DNA from: Alphaproteobacteria bacterium | GTDB taxonomy: Bacteria; Pseudomonadota; Alphaproteobacteria; Rs-D84 | Assembly: GCA_017630405.1 (NCBI GenBank) | Contig: JAGBVH010000007.1 | Location: 6,506 to 70,505 of the forward strand | Direction: 5' to 3' | DNA length: 64,000 bases | Shown: piece by piece, positions 46,454 through 56,252 of the stretch | How the letters are laid out: every line of letters starts with the position of its first letter | Position numbering within the stretch: the stretch's first letter is position 1 | Position numbers and translations under genes: made by a program | The notes under the pieces: generated by a model | Told to the model about the DNA's origin: nothing | Database searches by the model: none | What the model saw: the letters and a program-made list of their open reading frames with translations, nothing else

Positions 46454-47359
46454 TTAATAATTTTCTATGATTGCGTTGTAATATTTGCGATATAAATCAA
46501 ATGTAAAGAATCTTTTGACTGTCATATCCCAAGGCTTAATTTTCCCAGCATAATGCAACATCACCGGATAACGCATATCACGATATTGTGTCGCATTCAT
46601 TGTTTTCAAGAAACTGTATCCACCACCAACAATCGCGTTAAACTTTCGCGACATTGATTTAATGCGATTTTTACAGATTGTGTTCAGCATATCTTGGTCC
46701 GGATATCTGGTCTGATTATTTTCCGCCCACTCTATCATTTTTGGATAGATATTATCCTGACGAAACTGTGCAATATTCATAACAAGAAATCCGCTATTGA
46801 TGTATGTAGGGCTGTCAAAGCAACCTGCTAACAAATTCGTTCCAATATCAAACTCATTCGCATCACGCAAATCACGCACGAACAAAGTATCCACATCGGC
46901 ATAGATTATTCTGTCCACCGTTTCAGGCAGCATTTTTGGCAACATACAACGCCACCATATCGCGTGCGACCAGCGACCACAATGCGCGCCGTCATAATCA
47001 TGATTAGGCTTAAGAAATATTATATTTCCATTTGTATGGCGCGCCGATATAAATTTCTTGATTTTATTTTGATGTGTTTTTGTGATATCGGTCACGCAAT
47101 AAATATCGTATTCGCATTCCGGTGAGTTTCCCAATAAAGATGTTATTGCCGTCAATGCCAACGGTATATACTTTTCATTGAAACAGAACGCAACATTTAT
47201 GCGCTTGTTATAATTTGTTGTGTTTGGCGTATAGTTAAACCGCGGGAAAGTAGCCCAGGAAACAAAGTTCTTTTTCGCAACCTTGGTTGGGATAAACAAA
47301 TCGATTATATGTAGTAATCCGCGCTTAATTTTGAAGTAAAATACAGCCAATTTTTCCAT
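46454..47359 (-). CDS. Glycosyltransferase family 8
   Basis: NVAFCFNEKYIPLALTAITSLL, IYADVDTLFVRDL (DxD) and INSGFLVMNI. ATG 47359 has ggggg upstream. The track start at 47395 is a GTG inside the structured region. Confidence 0.8.
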   Translation of the reverse strand: MEKLAVFYFKIKRGLLHIIDLFIPTKVAKKNFVSWATFPRFNYTPNTTNYNKRINVAFCFNEKYIPLALTAITSLLGNSPECEYDIYCVTDITKTHQNKIKKFISARHTNGNIIFLKPNHDYDGAHCGRWSHAIWWRCMLPKMLPETVDRIIYADVDTLFVRDLRDANEFDIGTNLLAGCFDSPTYINSGFLVMNIAQFRQDNIYPKMIEWAENNQTRYPDQDMLNTICKNRIKSMSRKFNAIVGGGYSFLKTMNATQYRDMRYPVMLHYAGKIKPWDMTVKRFFTFDLYRKYYNAIIENY

Positions 47360-47399
47360 ATCTTGCCCCCGTTTTTTGTATAAAATAAAGACCACAAGA

Positions 47400-47640
47400 T
47401 AGTGGTCGGGGAGTTAAGAAAATCATACGAAAGAATGACCCTGTTGGTTTTCGGGAAGCCCCTGTTGTATAACCAACAGCCCCCCGACATAGCGGGGAGC
47501 GCGGCAGTCATATGGACCGCCACACCAGCGGATTCCGGTGCCAACACAGCACCGCTTTCGTAAGGGATTTCTTAAGTCCCTGACACCTGTTCCCACAGGC
47601 ATCACTACTATCGTACAAGAACGAATTCCTAAAGGCAACT
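47400..47640. ncRNA. Candidate structured RNA / riboswitch-like leader of unknown class (strand unresolved)
   Basis: Visibly GC-richer than its flanks. Nested perfect helices: 47405-47411/47482-47488, 47441-47449/47471-47479, 47536-47541/47549-47554, 47563-47567/47577-47581 and 47586-47590/47595-47599. Only implausible ORFs cover it. Confidence 0.4.
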
Positions 47641-47724
47641 GTTTTTAACAATTAGTATGTCGATACATTTTTCTTGCCCGCGGGGATTGGTTGGTCTAGA
47701 CTTAAACAAAAGGACGAATAGGAA

Positions 47725-48186
47725 ATGTTTCGCAATTTTATAATCTTGGCTGCTGCCCTGCCCGCGCTTTGCGCATGCAACAGCATACATATGAAACCAG
47801 ACAGTTTGGATACTGGGACCACTATATATGCGGACCGTGGTGGGCACTCTATGCTTCATAACATAAAGCATCAACTGGAAAATCGCGGATTTGATATCGT
47901 GGTCGGTAAAGCAAAATCCGCGGAAGATATCGGCGATGATTCAAGCAGTATCAAAATCGACAAAAGCGTTGTTCCAAATAATGTACAGTACATAGTCAAA
48001 GTTTCTGAAAGCGAAGAAAAATTTCGCCCTATTTGGTGTGCGCTGAACGGATTCTGGTGGTGGAATTTTAGCGTATCAATTGCGGATCAACGCAATGGAC
48101 AAGAGATTCTTAGTTGGCGAGGTCGTGGGTGCGCGAACAGTTCACTTAGAAAACTAAATGCAATTTTGGATAAAATGGAACAATAA
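47725..48186 (+). CDS. Lipoprotein of unknown function
   Basis: MFRNFIILAAALPALCAC lipobox-like signal. RBS aggacgaatagga. Confidence 0.6.
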   Translation: MFRNFIILAAALPALCACNSIHMKPDSLDTGTTIYADRGGHSMLHNIKHQLENRGFDIVVGKAKSAEDIGDDSSSIKIDKSVVPNNVQYIVKVSESEEKFRPIWCALNGFWWWNFSVSIADQRNGQEILSWRGRGCANSSLRKLNAILDKMEQ

Positions 48187-48187
48187 T

Positions 48188-49399
48188 ATGAAAGTAAAAA
48201 TCTATGCCAGAAACAAAATCAGTAAAGAAATTCAAGAAAGTATCGCAAATACCCATATTATAGCCAACAAGGAATTACAGATAATAACACTGCCCCGGGG
48301 ATTTATATCTGTAGATAATGAACATCGAAACTATGGCGCGTTTGACAGCGATGGACAATTCTGTACAGCAAGCACCTTCTGGCGTTTTGGCAAAAAGAAA
48401 CGCACGCCTAGGTCACCCATGGATATTGTCGATTACATTGATTGTGATGCAGTATATTGTGGGTGGGGCATGACATTTCATTTTGGACATTTCCTGACCG
48501 AGGGACTGGGGCGCGTGTGGCCGGTGCTGGATAAAAAATATGCAAATTGTAAATATGTTTTTATTCAAAAGCCGGATATACCATTCCCAAAATATGCACG
48601 AAAAATTTTGAACTTGATTGGTATACCGGACGAAAATATTATCGTGCTTGATAAAACAACACAGTTTAGAAATCTGATTGTGCCAACACAATGCTTTGAT
48701 TTTAGAACCGCAATATCAAAACGCATGAAGAAAATGTATGACACGATTGCAAGCAATGTTACCCCAGAAAATCACGACACATATGAAAAAATATATTTTT
48801 CCAGGTCTAAACTGGGTGCCAATCGAACATTTGGGGAAGTTAATGTTCAAACCATTTTTGAAAATAATGGGTTCAAAGTCATTTGGCCGGAACAATTGAC
48901 ACTGGATGACCAAATATACCTGGCCAAGAATGCGCGCGTTATTGCCGGTGTTGCGGGGACCGCGTTGCACCTGGGCGTATTTATGAAACCGAACGGTCAA
49001 ATCATTCAACTAAAACGAAACTTGATTCCAGAAGATTGTTCCGATGTACAATATTTGCTGGCATGGTTGCAAAATGCAGATATTACTTTTATTGATGCAA
49101 GCGTCGAAATGAAACGGACAGAACATTCGACCGCCCTGCCACAAATTATTGGTGACACAAAATATCTTGAACAATTCTTGAACGATGCTGGTTTTATATG
49201 GCAAAAAAATGACTTTAAGCGTTATAATGAACGCAAGGAATATTCAAAAGAATTAGTCAAAGCAATATTGGCAAAAGTCCTTAGACGAGTATCTAAGCCA
49301 TTTATTCGTATCATTGCTTTATTTGGAAAAGACAAGCAGAGACGAAAAGAGATTAGAACGCGTCTGGAAGATAAAATCAAAAATATATTTGCTAAATAA
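48188..49399 (+). CDS. Glycosyltransferase, GT61/DUF563-like
   Basis: FHFGHFLTEGLGRVWP and IAGVAGTALHLGVF resemble the DUF563 pattern as recalled. ATG 48188 lies 1 nt after the upstream stop. Confidence 0.5.
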   Translation: MKVKIYARNKISKEIQESIANTHIIANKELQIITLPRGFISVDNEHRNYGAFDSDGQFCTASTFWRFGKKKRTPRSPMDIVDYIDCDAVYCGWGMTFHFGHFLTEGLGRVWPVLDKKYANCKYVFIQKPDIPFPKYARKILNLIGIPDENIIVLDKTTQFRNLIVPTQCFDFRTAISKRMKKMYDTIASNVTPENHDTYEKIYFSRSKLGANRTFGEVNVQTIFENNGFKVIWPEQLTLDDQIYLAKNARVIAGVAGTALHLGVFMKPNGQIIQLKRNLIPEDCSDVQYLLAWLQNADITFIDASVEMKRTEHSTALPQIIGDTKYLEQFLNDAGFIWQKNDFKRYNERKEYSKELVKAILAKVLRRVSKPFIRIIALFGKDKQRRKEIRTRLEDKIKNIFAK

Positions 49400-49427
49400 A
49401 AAATCCCCCAAACGGGGGATTTTTTTA
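49399..49427. terminator. Bidirectional terminator (GT61 / rubrerythrin)
   Basis: Stem atccccc, loop aaac, stem gggggat, with an A-run on the 5' side and a T-run on the 3' side. Confidence 0.8.
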
Positions 49428-50045
49428 ATCGATAACGCTGTATTCACAGAAGCCTTCGTTTGTGTCACAACGGGATGTTGTGCCTTCGCTGATGAAGTAC
49501 CCCTGGTCGTGCAAGCACGCTGGGCATACAGATGGTGCCTCGGTCCCAATGTGCCACATACCACAGTTTGTGCAACGCCACATAACAATTTTATCCTGTT
49601 TGAACAATGTACCGTTTTCAATTGCTTCGACCAATGCACGGAAGCGTGATTCATGATAGCGTTCCGCATAACCAATGTTTTTCAAAATTTCCGCAATTGC
49701 CGGAAAGCCTTCTTGGGCCGCAATCTGAGCAAATTTTGGATACATTTCTGTGTTTTCTTCGTGTTCGCCATATGCTGCAGCCTGCAGGTTTTCCAATGTT
49801 GTGCCTACTTTGCCCGCTGGGAAAGATGCTGTGATTTCCAAATCGCCACCTTCCAAGAATTTGAACAAACGAGATGCGTGTTCTTTTTCTTGATCAGCGG
49901 TTTCTAAAAAGATTTTGGAAATTGCCTGATAGCCTTCCTTTTTAGCGGCATTGGCAAAAAATGTGTAACGATTACGCGCCTGAGATTCGCCCGCGAACGC
50001 AATTAACAGATTTTTTTCTGTCTGAGTGCCTTTTAATGATACCAT
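49425..50045 (-). CDS. rbr: Rubrerythrin
   Basis: Ferritin-like diiron motifs (GESQARNRY, EKEHA, EHEE). C-terminal rubredoxin-like CTNCG...CPAC. Confidence 0.9.
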   Translation of the reverse strand: MVSLKGTQTEKNLLIAFAGESQARNRYTFFANAAKKEGYQAISKIFLETADQEKEHASRLFKFLEGGDLEITASFPAGKVGTTLENLQAAAYGEHEENTEMYPKFAQIAAQEGFPAIAEILKNIGYAERYHESRFRALVEAIENGTLFKQDKIVMWRCTNCGMWHIGTEAPSVCPACLHDQGYFISEGTTSRCDTNEGFCEYSVID

Positions 50046-50117
50046 TGTGTACTTCTCCTTTATGTTTTAGTGTTTCTGATTGGGATTTTACCAGAGAAAA
50101 TACACAAAATCAAAAAA

Positions 50118-51627
<1,510 letters not shown>

Positions 51628-51660
51628 TTATAACCTTTGTGCCTATTATAACTTAAAAAC

Positions 51661-51689
51661 TTGCAATTTCCAGTCTAAAAGAGTATAAT
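51661..51689 (+). promoter_or_regulatory. Consensus sigma70 promoter of ssrA
   Basis: TTGCAA (51661-51666), a 17 nt spacer, then TATAAT (51684-51689). Confidence 0.7.
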
Positions 51690-51695
51690 TGATGG

Positions 51696-52037
51696 GCCAC
51701 GCGAGTGGTGATGATTCTGAAGCCTTTGTGCAATAGTCATTTTGGACTGGGGGGCGGTACCCCACAGCTCCACCATTATTTGATATGATTTTTGGTCGTA
51801 TTTGATTATGGGGCTGACATAGATTCGACAGATGATGAAAGACAAAATGGTTGAATCCGACATGGTGTCGTTAAAAACCAACTAAAAACTGAATGGCGAT
51901 AGAATCGCTGCGAACGACAATGTTCGCCTTGCAATGGCTGCCTAATATGGCGTTGAATACGGTTGGCGATTGTTAGCCGTGTTCGTTTAAGCAATTGCGG
52001 GGTTTGCCGGTACCTGGCACCAGAAATCCGGCGTTTT
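51696..52037 (+). ncRNA. ssrA: Circularly permuted (two-piece) tmRNA gene: acceptor piece to 51775 (..CAGCTCCACCA), spacer, then coding piece from 51810 (GGGGCTGA..)
   Basis: The 3' acceptor strand cagctcc-a-cca (51765-51775) lies upstream of the 5' strand ggggctg (51810-51816). Together they form a 7 bp acceptor with G3-U70. agattcgac D-analogue. Tag ORF GCG AAC GAC AAT GTT CGC CTT GCA ATG GCT GCC TAA (51910-51945) encodes ANDNVRLAMAA. Terminator hairpin at 52006-52037. Confidence 0.85.
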
Positions 52038-52067
52038 ATTATTTATTAAACAAGGAAAGGCATAAAA

Positions 52068-52289
52068 ATGTTTGGAAAAATTAAAAAAGTATTCTTTACG
52101 GGTGTATTCGGTGTTTTGTACATCACTTTTATCGCACAGTTGGTTTATGTTTTAGGCTGGGTTGATGGTGAAACAAAGCTGATTGCGATGGGTGCATTGA
52201 TGTTGGAATGGTTAGTTCTGATTGCAGCACGCTATCTGTCAAAGCGTTCAAGCAACAGCGCGCAACATAACAACTTCCGCCGCCGTTAA
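52068..52289 (+). CDS. Small two-TM membrane protein (73 aa)
   Basis: RBS aaggaaagg. Two hydrophobic segments. Followed by a strong terminator. Confidence 0.5.
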   Translation: MFGKIKKVFFTGVFGVLYITFIAQLVYVLGWVDGETKLIAMGALMLEWLVLIAARYLSKRSSNSAQHNNFRRR

Positions 52290-52297
52290 AAAAATCA

Positions 52298-52322
52298 ATC
52301 CCCCAAATTGGGGGATTTTTTT
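52298..52322 (+). terminator. Intrinsic terminator
   Basis: Stem atccccc, loop aaatt, stem gggggat, followed by TTTTTT. Confidence 0.8.
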
Positions 52323-52382
52323 CAAGACATAGGTTTTCATAGTTCTTGAAAATTATATTATTTATATTATATTTACTGGGCT

Positions 52383-54143
52383 ATGAAACAATATATTTTA
52401 CCACTTCGCGATTTAGTCGTACATCCGTCACTGACAGTGCCGGTGTATATTGATAATCCTGTATCTGTCGCCTGTATCGAGGCTGCCATGAACGCGGACC
52501 GCCGTGTGGTGCTGGTTCCACAGCACAGTTGGGCGTATCCTGCGACCGTTGAAGACATATACTACATTGGAACAATTGGCGATATTGTTCAGGTTCTGCG
52601 TATGCCTGATGGGGCCGTACATGCGATTGTAAAAACGACTGGCGTTGTGGCACTTAATGACACGACTGTTCAAAACGGAATCTTTACCGCAGATATCAAC
52701 CCGATTGAAATCGCAGACGACATGGAAAGCGAGACAACCATTGCTTTGCGCGATAAAATCGCAGACTGCCTGCAGACAATTGCTGCTAGTATTCGCAAGT
52801 TCAAAATGGAAAAACTGCGTAATGTTATCCAGAACTATCCCCTGCCCGCGTTTGTGGATTCTGTAGTTGAAATGGCCGACATCGACACAGACAATGCACT
52901 TAAGATTTTGTGTGCCCCTTCGTGGCAGGACAAAATGATTCTGTTGCTGGAACAGGTAAAATTACTTAGCGAAACATTTAAAATCGAAGATTCTATTAAC
53001 CGCCGTATTCATCAGCAAATGGAAAACGGCCGGCGCGAGGCTATATTACAAGAAAAAATGCGCGCCATCCAAAAGGAAATGGGCGAAGATTCTGAAGAAA
53101 TGGATTCGGAAAATATGCGAAAAAAGATTCAGAAGTCCGCTATGCCAACCGAGGCTAAAGAAAAAGCAATGAGCGAGTGGAAGCGTATGCGCTCTATGTC
53201 ACCTATGTCCAACGAAGGTGGATTGCTTAAAACATATTTGGACGAATTGCTGTCTATGCCTTGGGACAAATCTGATAATACGCCGATTGATTTGAATAAT
53301 GCGCGTGAAATTTTGGATTCCCAACATTCTGGGATGCGTGGGGTCAAAGAACGCATACTGGAACATATTGCGGTGATGAAAAAGACTGGCGGCAATCAGG
53401 GCACTATTCTGTGCTTTGTTGGTGCGCCAGGTGTTGGGAAAACATCGCTGGGTAAATCAATCGCTGCGGCATTGGGCCGAAAATATCAACGCATTTCATT
53501 GGGTGGCATATCAGACGAGGCGCACTTCCGCGGCCATCGCAAAACATATATCGGCGCACAAACTGGGCGTATTATGGATGCGCTTAAACGCTGTAAGTCA
53601 AACAATCCCGTCATTGTTCTTGATGAAATTGATAAAATGGGACGTGATTGGCGCGGAGACCCTGAATCTGCGCTGTTGGAAATTTTGGATCCAGAACAGA
53701 ACAAGACTTTCCGCGATCATTATCTGGAAGTGGATTTTGACCTGTCCAAGGTTATGTTTATCGCGACCGCAAACAGCCTTAACCTGTCTAACGCTTTAAA
53801 AGACCGTATGGAAATTATCGAAATTCCTGGTTATTCTATGGACGACAAAGTTCAAATTGCACGCGAACATTTGATTGGACGCGCAGCACGCGACACGGGC
53901 TGGAATACTGACGACATTATTATTTCCGATGATGCGTTGCGACACATTATTCAAAAATATACCTCGGAACAAGGTGTGCGCGAAGTTCAGCGCGAACTGA
54001 CTGCTATTTTGCGCCGCGCTTTGTTGGAAAATAACTGCGTGGACACAAAAACAGAATTTACAAATGAAAAAATTGACCAGTTGTTGTCTGTGCGTCAATC
54101 TGCTGGATTTTCCAAAAAAATAGGATTTGGGGTGCACGCATAA
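52383..54143 (+). CDS. lon: Lon N-terminal plus AAA+ domains without the proteolytic domain (586 aa)
   Basis: ILPLRDLVVHPSLTVPVYI (Lon N-domain), GAPGVGKTS (Walker A), VIVLDEIDKM (Walker B) and EQGVREVQRE (sensor 2). The ORF stops at ..SKKIGFGVHA, where the Ser-Lys protease domain would begin. Confidence 0.85.
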   Translation: MKQYILPLRDLVVHPSLTVPVYIDNPVSVACIEAAMNADRRVVLVPQHSWAYPATVEDIYYIGTIGDIVQVLRMPDGAVHAIVKTTGVVALNDTTVQNGIFTADINPIEIADDMESETTIALRDKIADCLQTIAASIRKFKMEKLRNVIQNYPLPAFVDSVVEMADIDTDNALKILCAPSWQDKMILLLEQVKLLSETFKIEDSINRRIHQQMENGRREAILQEKMRAIQKEMGEDSEEMDSENMRKKIQKSAMPTEAKEKAMSEWKRMRSMSPMSNEGGLLKTYLDELLSMPWDKSDNTPIDLNNAREILDSQHSGMRGVKERILEHIAVMKKTGGNQGTILCFVGAPGVGKTSLGKSIAAALGRKYQRISLGGISDEAHFRGHRKTYIGAQTGRIMDALKRCKSNNPVIVLDEIDKMGRDWRGDPESALLEILDPEQNKTFRDHYLEVDFDLSKVMFIATANSLNLSNALKDRMEIIEIPGYSMDDKVQIAREHLIGRAARDTGWNTDDIIISDDALRHIIQKYTSEQGVREVQRELTAILRRALLENNCVDTKTEFTNEKIDQLLSVRQSAGFSKKIGFGVHA

Positions 54144-54520
54144 TGGTAAAAACAAAAAACTTTGTTTTGAACGGTAAAAATGTTGCGATTCCAAACGACA
54201 AGAAATTGTTGGAACAAATCGAACGATTCCAAAAGATTGAACAATATGCGCGCGCACAGGAAAAACTGACCATAAAAACAGCCGAACAACAATCAAGAAA
54301 CCATCCAGATAAACGCGATTTTATTATCCAAGCAGATACTGACAAATATCAAATAACTGCTATTAACTCTGCGGTTCCAACTTCACTGTTGCTGCTGCGC
54401 GGGGATTCTTGGGATACTATGATACAGGACAAAGCTGATAATTCTGTTGTGATAGAAGATGGTGCAGTTGCTGGATTGTACTTTGAACTGTTGAATCAAT
54501 TAAAGGAAATACATAAATGA
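54143..54520 (+). CDS. Hypothetical protein (125 aa) occupying the position of the missing Lon protease domain
   Basis: TAATG overlap with the lon stop and ATGA overlap with tsaB. No similarity to the Lon protease domain. Confidence 0.5.
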   Translation: MVKTKNFVLNGKNVAIPNDKKLLEQIERFQKIEQYARAQEKLTIKTAEQQSRNHPDKRDFIIQADTDKYQITAINSAVPTSLLLLRGDSWDTMIQDKADNSVVIEDGAVAGLYFELLNQLKEIHK

Positions 54521-55056
54521 TTCTGATTATCAATACTTCGGGCGGGAATTTGGAATTTGTATTGGATGGACAATACAAATCTGTTGCTGTGGAAAAACAG
54601 TCTGTTGCCCTGCCTGCAGAATGTGAAAAGTTTATTACCGAGTGCGGCACAAAATGGTCCGACATTGATGCAATTGGTGTGGTTGTAGGACCAGGTAGTT
54701 TTACTGGCATTCGCCTTGGCATCGCATATGCCAAAGGAATTGCAATGGGGCTGAATATACCTGTGGTTGGAATTAGTTTGTTTGATTTATATTTGGCCGC
54801 CACACCAGATGCTTTTGTTGCGATTGATTCTGGTCGCGGCGATTTCTTTGTAGCCGCAAATGGATTAGCACCACAAACAATGGAAATAGAAGAATTAGAG
54901 ACAAAACAAATGGAATGGCCACGCACCGTTGGGCACAGACCTTTTGATTTGAGGCTGGGGGTAAATATCGTAAAAGAAAAAATAGCATCTGGGGATTTGG
55001 CGCCTGTTGTGCCAATGTATTTACGCCCCAGTTATGCCGAGCAAAACAAAAAATAA
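54517..55056 (+). CDS. tsaB: tRNA threonylcarbamoyladenosine biosynthesis protein TsaB
   Basis: ILIINTSGG...IDAIGVVVGPGSFTGIRLGIAYAKGIAMGLNIPVVGIS. Confidence 0.85.
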   Translation: MILIINTSGGNLEFVLDGQYKSVAVEKQSVALPAECEKFITECGTKWSDIDAIGVVVGPGSFTGIRLGIAYAKGIAMGLNIPVVGISLFDLYLAATPDAFVAIDSGRGDFFVAANGLAPQTMEIEELETKQMEWPRTVGHRPFDLRLGVNIVKEKIASGDLAPVVPMYLRPSYAEQNKK

Positions 55057-55068
55057 AGAGAAAATAAT

Positions 55069-55440
55069 ATGACTAAAGAATTTTATACAAAACACAAAGA
55101 TGAGATTGAAAAAGCCATTAAAAACGCGACTGTGTCATATAATATGAATTCCAGTAAAAATGGAAAAGTTGCTGTACATGTTTATGACATCGCAACCAAG
55201 AAAGTTTGTATTTCTGTGTTAGCGGTTAAAAATCGTGAAAACCACATAACATCTAAATATATTCTTAAAATCACCGTTGCCCATGACACAAAGGCAAAAA
55301 AAGAATTCGCAATCACCAAAGATACCGGACATTACGCATGCAGGTTGTTTAATACTTTATCAGCAAAACATGACGCGCAAATCGCAAAAACACAGCTGAA
55401 AAAGAACTTTGACAATCAAGCATTTAAAATGAAACGCTAA
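55069..55440 (+). CDS. Small protein, array member 0 (123 aa; divergent relative of the next three ORFs)
   Basis: RBS aagagaaaa. Similar size to the next three ORFs. The C-terminal pattern GHYACRLFNTLSAKHD parallels DTDFAYRVYEKMMREHE. Confidence 0.5.
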   Translation: MTKEFYTKHKDEIEKAIKNATVSYNMNSSKNGKVAVHVYDIATKKVCISVLAVKNRENHITSKYILKITVAHDTKAKKEFAITKDTGHYACRLFNTLSAKHDAQIAKTQLKKNFDNQAFKMKR

Positions 55441-55462
55441 CTTGTGAGCAAGAGGTTTGATA

Positions 55463-55864
55463 ATGGCAAATATTTTTCAGAAGATTTTTTTGCCGGAATA
55501 TAAATGGCGAGCATTGGATGCGATATCGCACCATACAATCACACATGTGTTTACGCGCTGGACCAAGCCAGGCAAAAACGGGACAGAAGATTATAAATGT
55601 TCCAAAAGAAGTTTCTTGATTAATGCGAGGGATATATCGATTATCTCGTCCCAGCATTATGACGAACAACTGGCGCGTCCTGATAACCCATATGTACCAA
55701 TTGAAAGTCCAGTACATGTGTCACTGGATGTCGCTGCAAATTGTGATGGCGCGCAACAGGAGCTGCATGAATATGACACTGATTTTGCGTACCGCGTTTA
55801 CGAAAAAATGATGCGTGAACACGAAAAAAGAAACGAACAAAACAACACAACAAAGGTCAGATAA
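55463..55864 (+). CDS. Small protein, array member 1 (133 aa, starts MANIFQKIF)
   Basis: ATG 55463 has RBS agagg. MANIFQKIFLPEYKWRALD...DTDFAYRVYEKMMREHEK. Confidence 0.6.
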   Translation: MANIFQKIFLPEYKWRALDAISHHTITHVFTRWTKPGKNGTEDYKCSKRSFLINARDISIISSQHYDEQLARPDNPYVPIESPVHVSLDVAANCDGAQQELHEYDTDFAYRVYEKMMREHEKRNEQNNTTKVR

Positions 55865-55865
55865 T

Positions 55866-56240
55866 ATGGCAAATTTTTTTCAGAAGTTTTTCAGACCGGA
55901 ATATCAATGGCAACTGATGGACCTGGTCAAGGAATGCGATATAAAAGAAGAATTTTGTAGTTTTGATACAGACCACATCACCCCATGCGGTCATCCAGTG
56001 TTCGGCAAGGGTTCAACGTGGAAGTACAGTCTGCACACCGAAGACACATATATGGTCGCGACACGCTTTTGCGACACAGCCCTCAGTCGCCCTATATCCG
56101 TTAGTTTGTATGTACATCGCAAACGCAAAAATGGGGACAAGCGCAATTCTGAGCACAGAGAAAAAGATACCGAGTTCGCGTATAAAATGTATGCACTGAT
56201 GCGCGACAAATACATCACAGAACGCGAATTTACATGGTAA
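55866..56240 (+). CDS. Small protein, array member 2 (124 aa, starts MANFFQKFF)
   Basis: ATG lies 1 nt after the previous stop. MANFFQKFFRPEYQWQLMD...DTEFAYKMYALMRDKY. Confidence 0.6.
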   Translation: MANFFQKFFRPEYQWQLMDLVKECDIKEEFCSFDTDHITPCGHPVFGKGSTWKYSLHTEDTYMVATRFCDTALSRPISVSLYVHRKRKNGDKRNSEHREKDTEFAYKMYALMRDKYITEREFTW

Positions 56241-56252
56241 AGGAACAATAGC

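Noticed and set aside
47400-47640. Assignment of the structured intergenic region to the cobalamin riboswitch class (minus strand), or to RNase P or SRP RNA.
   Set aside because: Only partial word matches were found (GGGAAC.GGTG, GGAATCCGCTG, CCCCGCTATGT, CCCGAAAACC). There is no clear B12 box (GCCACTG), and no RNase P CR-I/CR-IV or SRP domain IV motifs. The flanking genes are not typical B12-regulated genes. It is kept only as an unclassified candidate.
51675-51994. Minus-strand ORFs 51675-51881 and 51806-51994.
   Set aside because: They lie antisense to the tmRNA gene, which explains the region completely.
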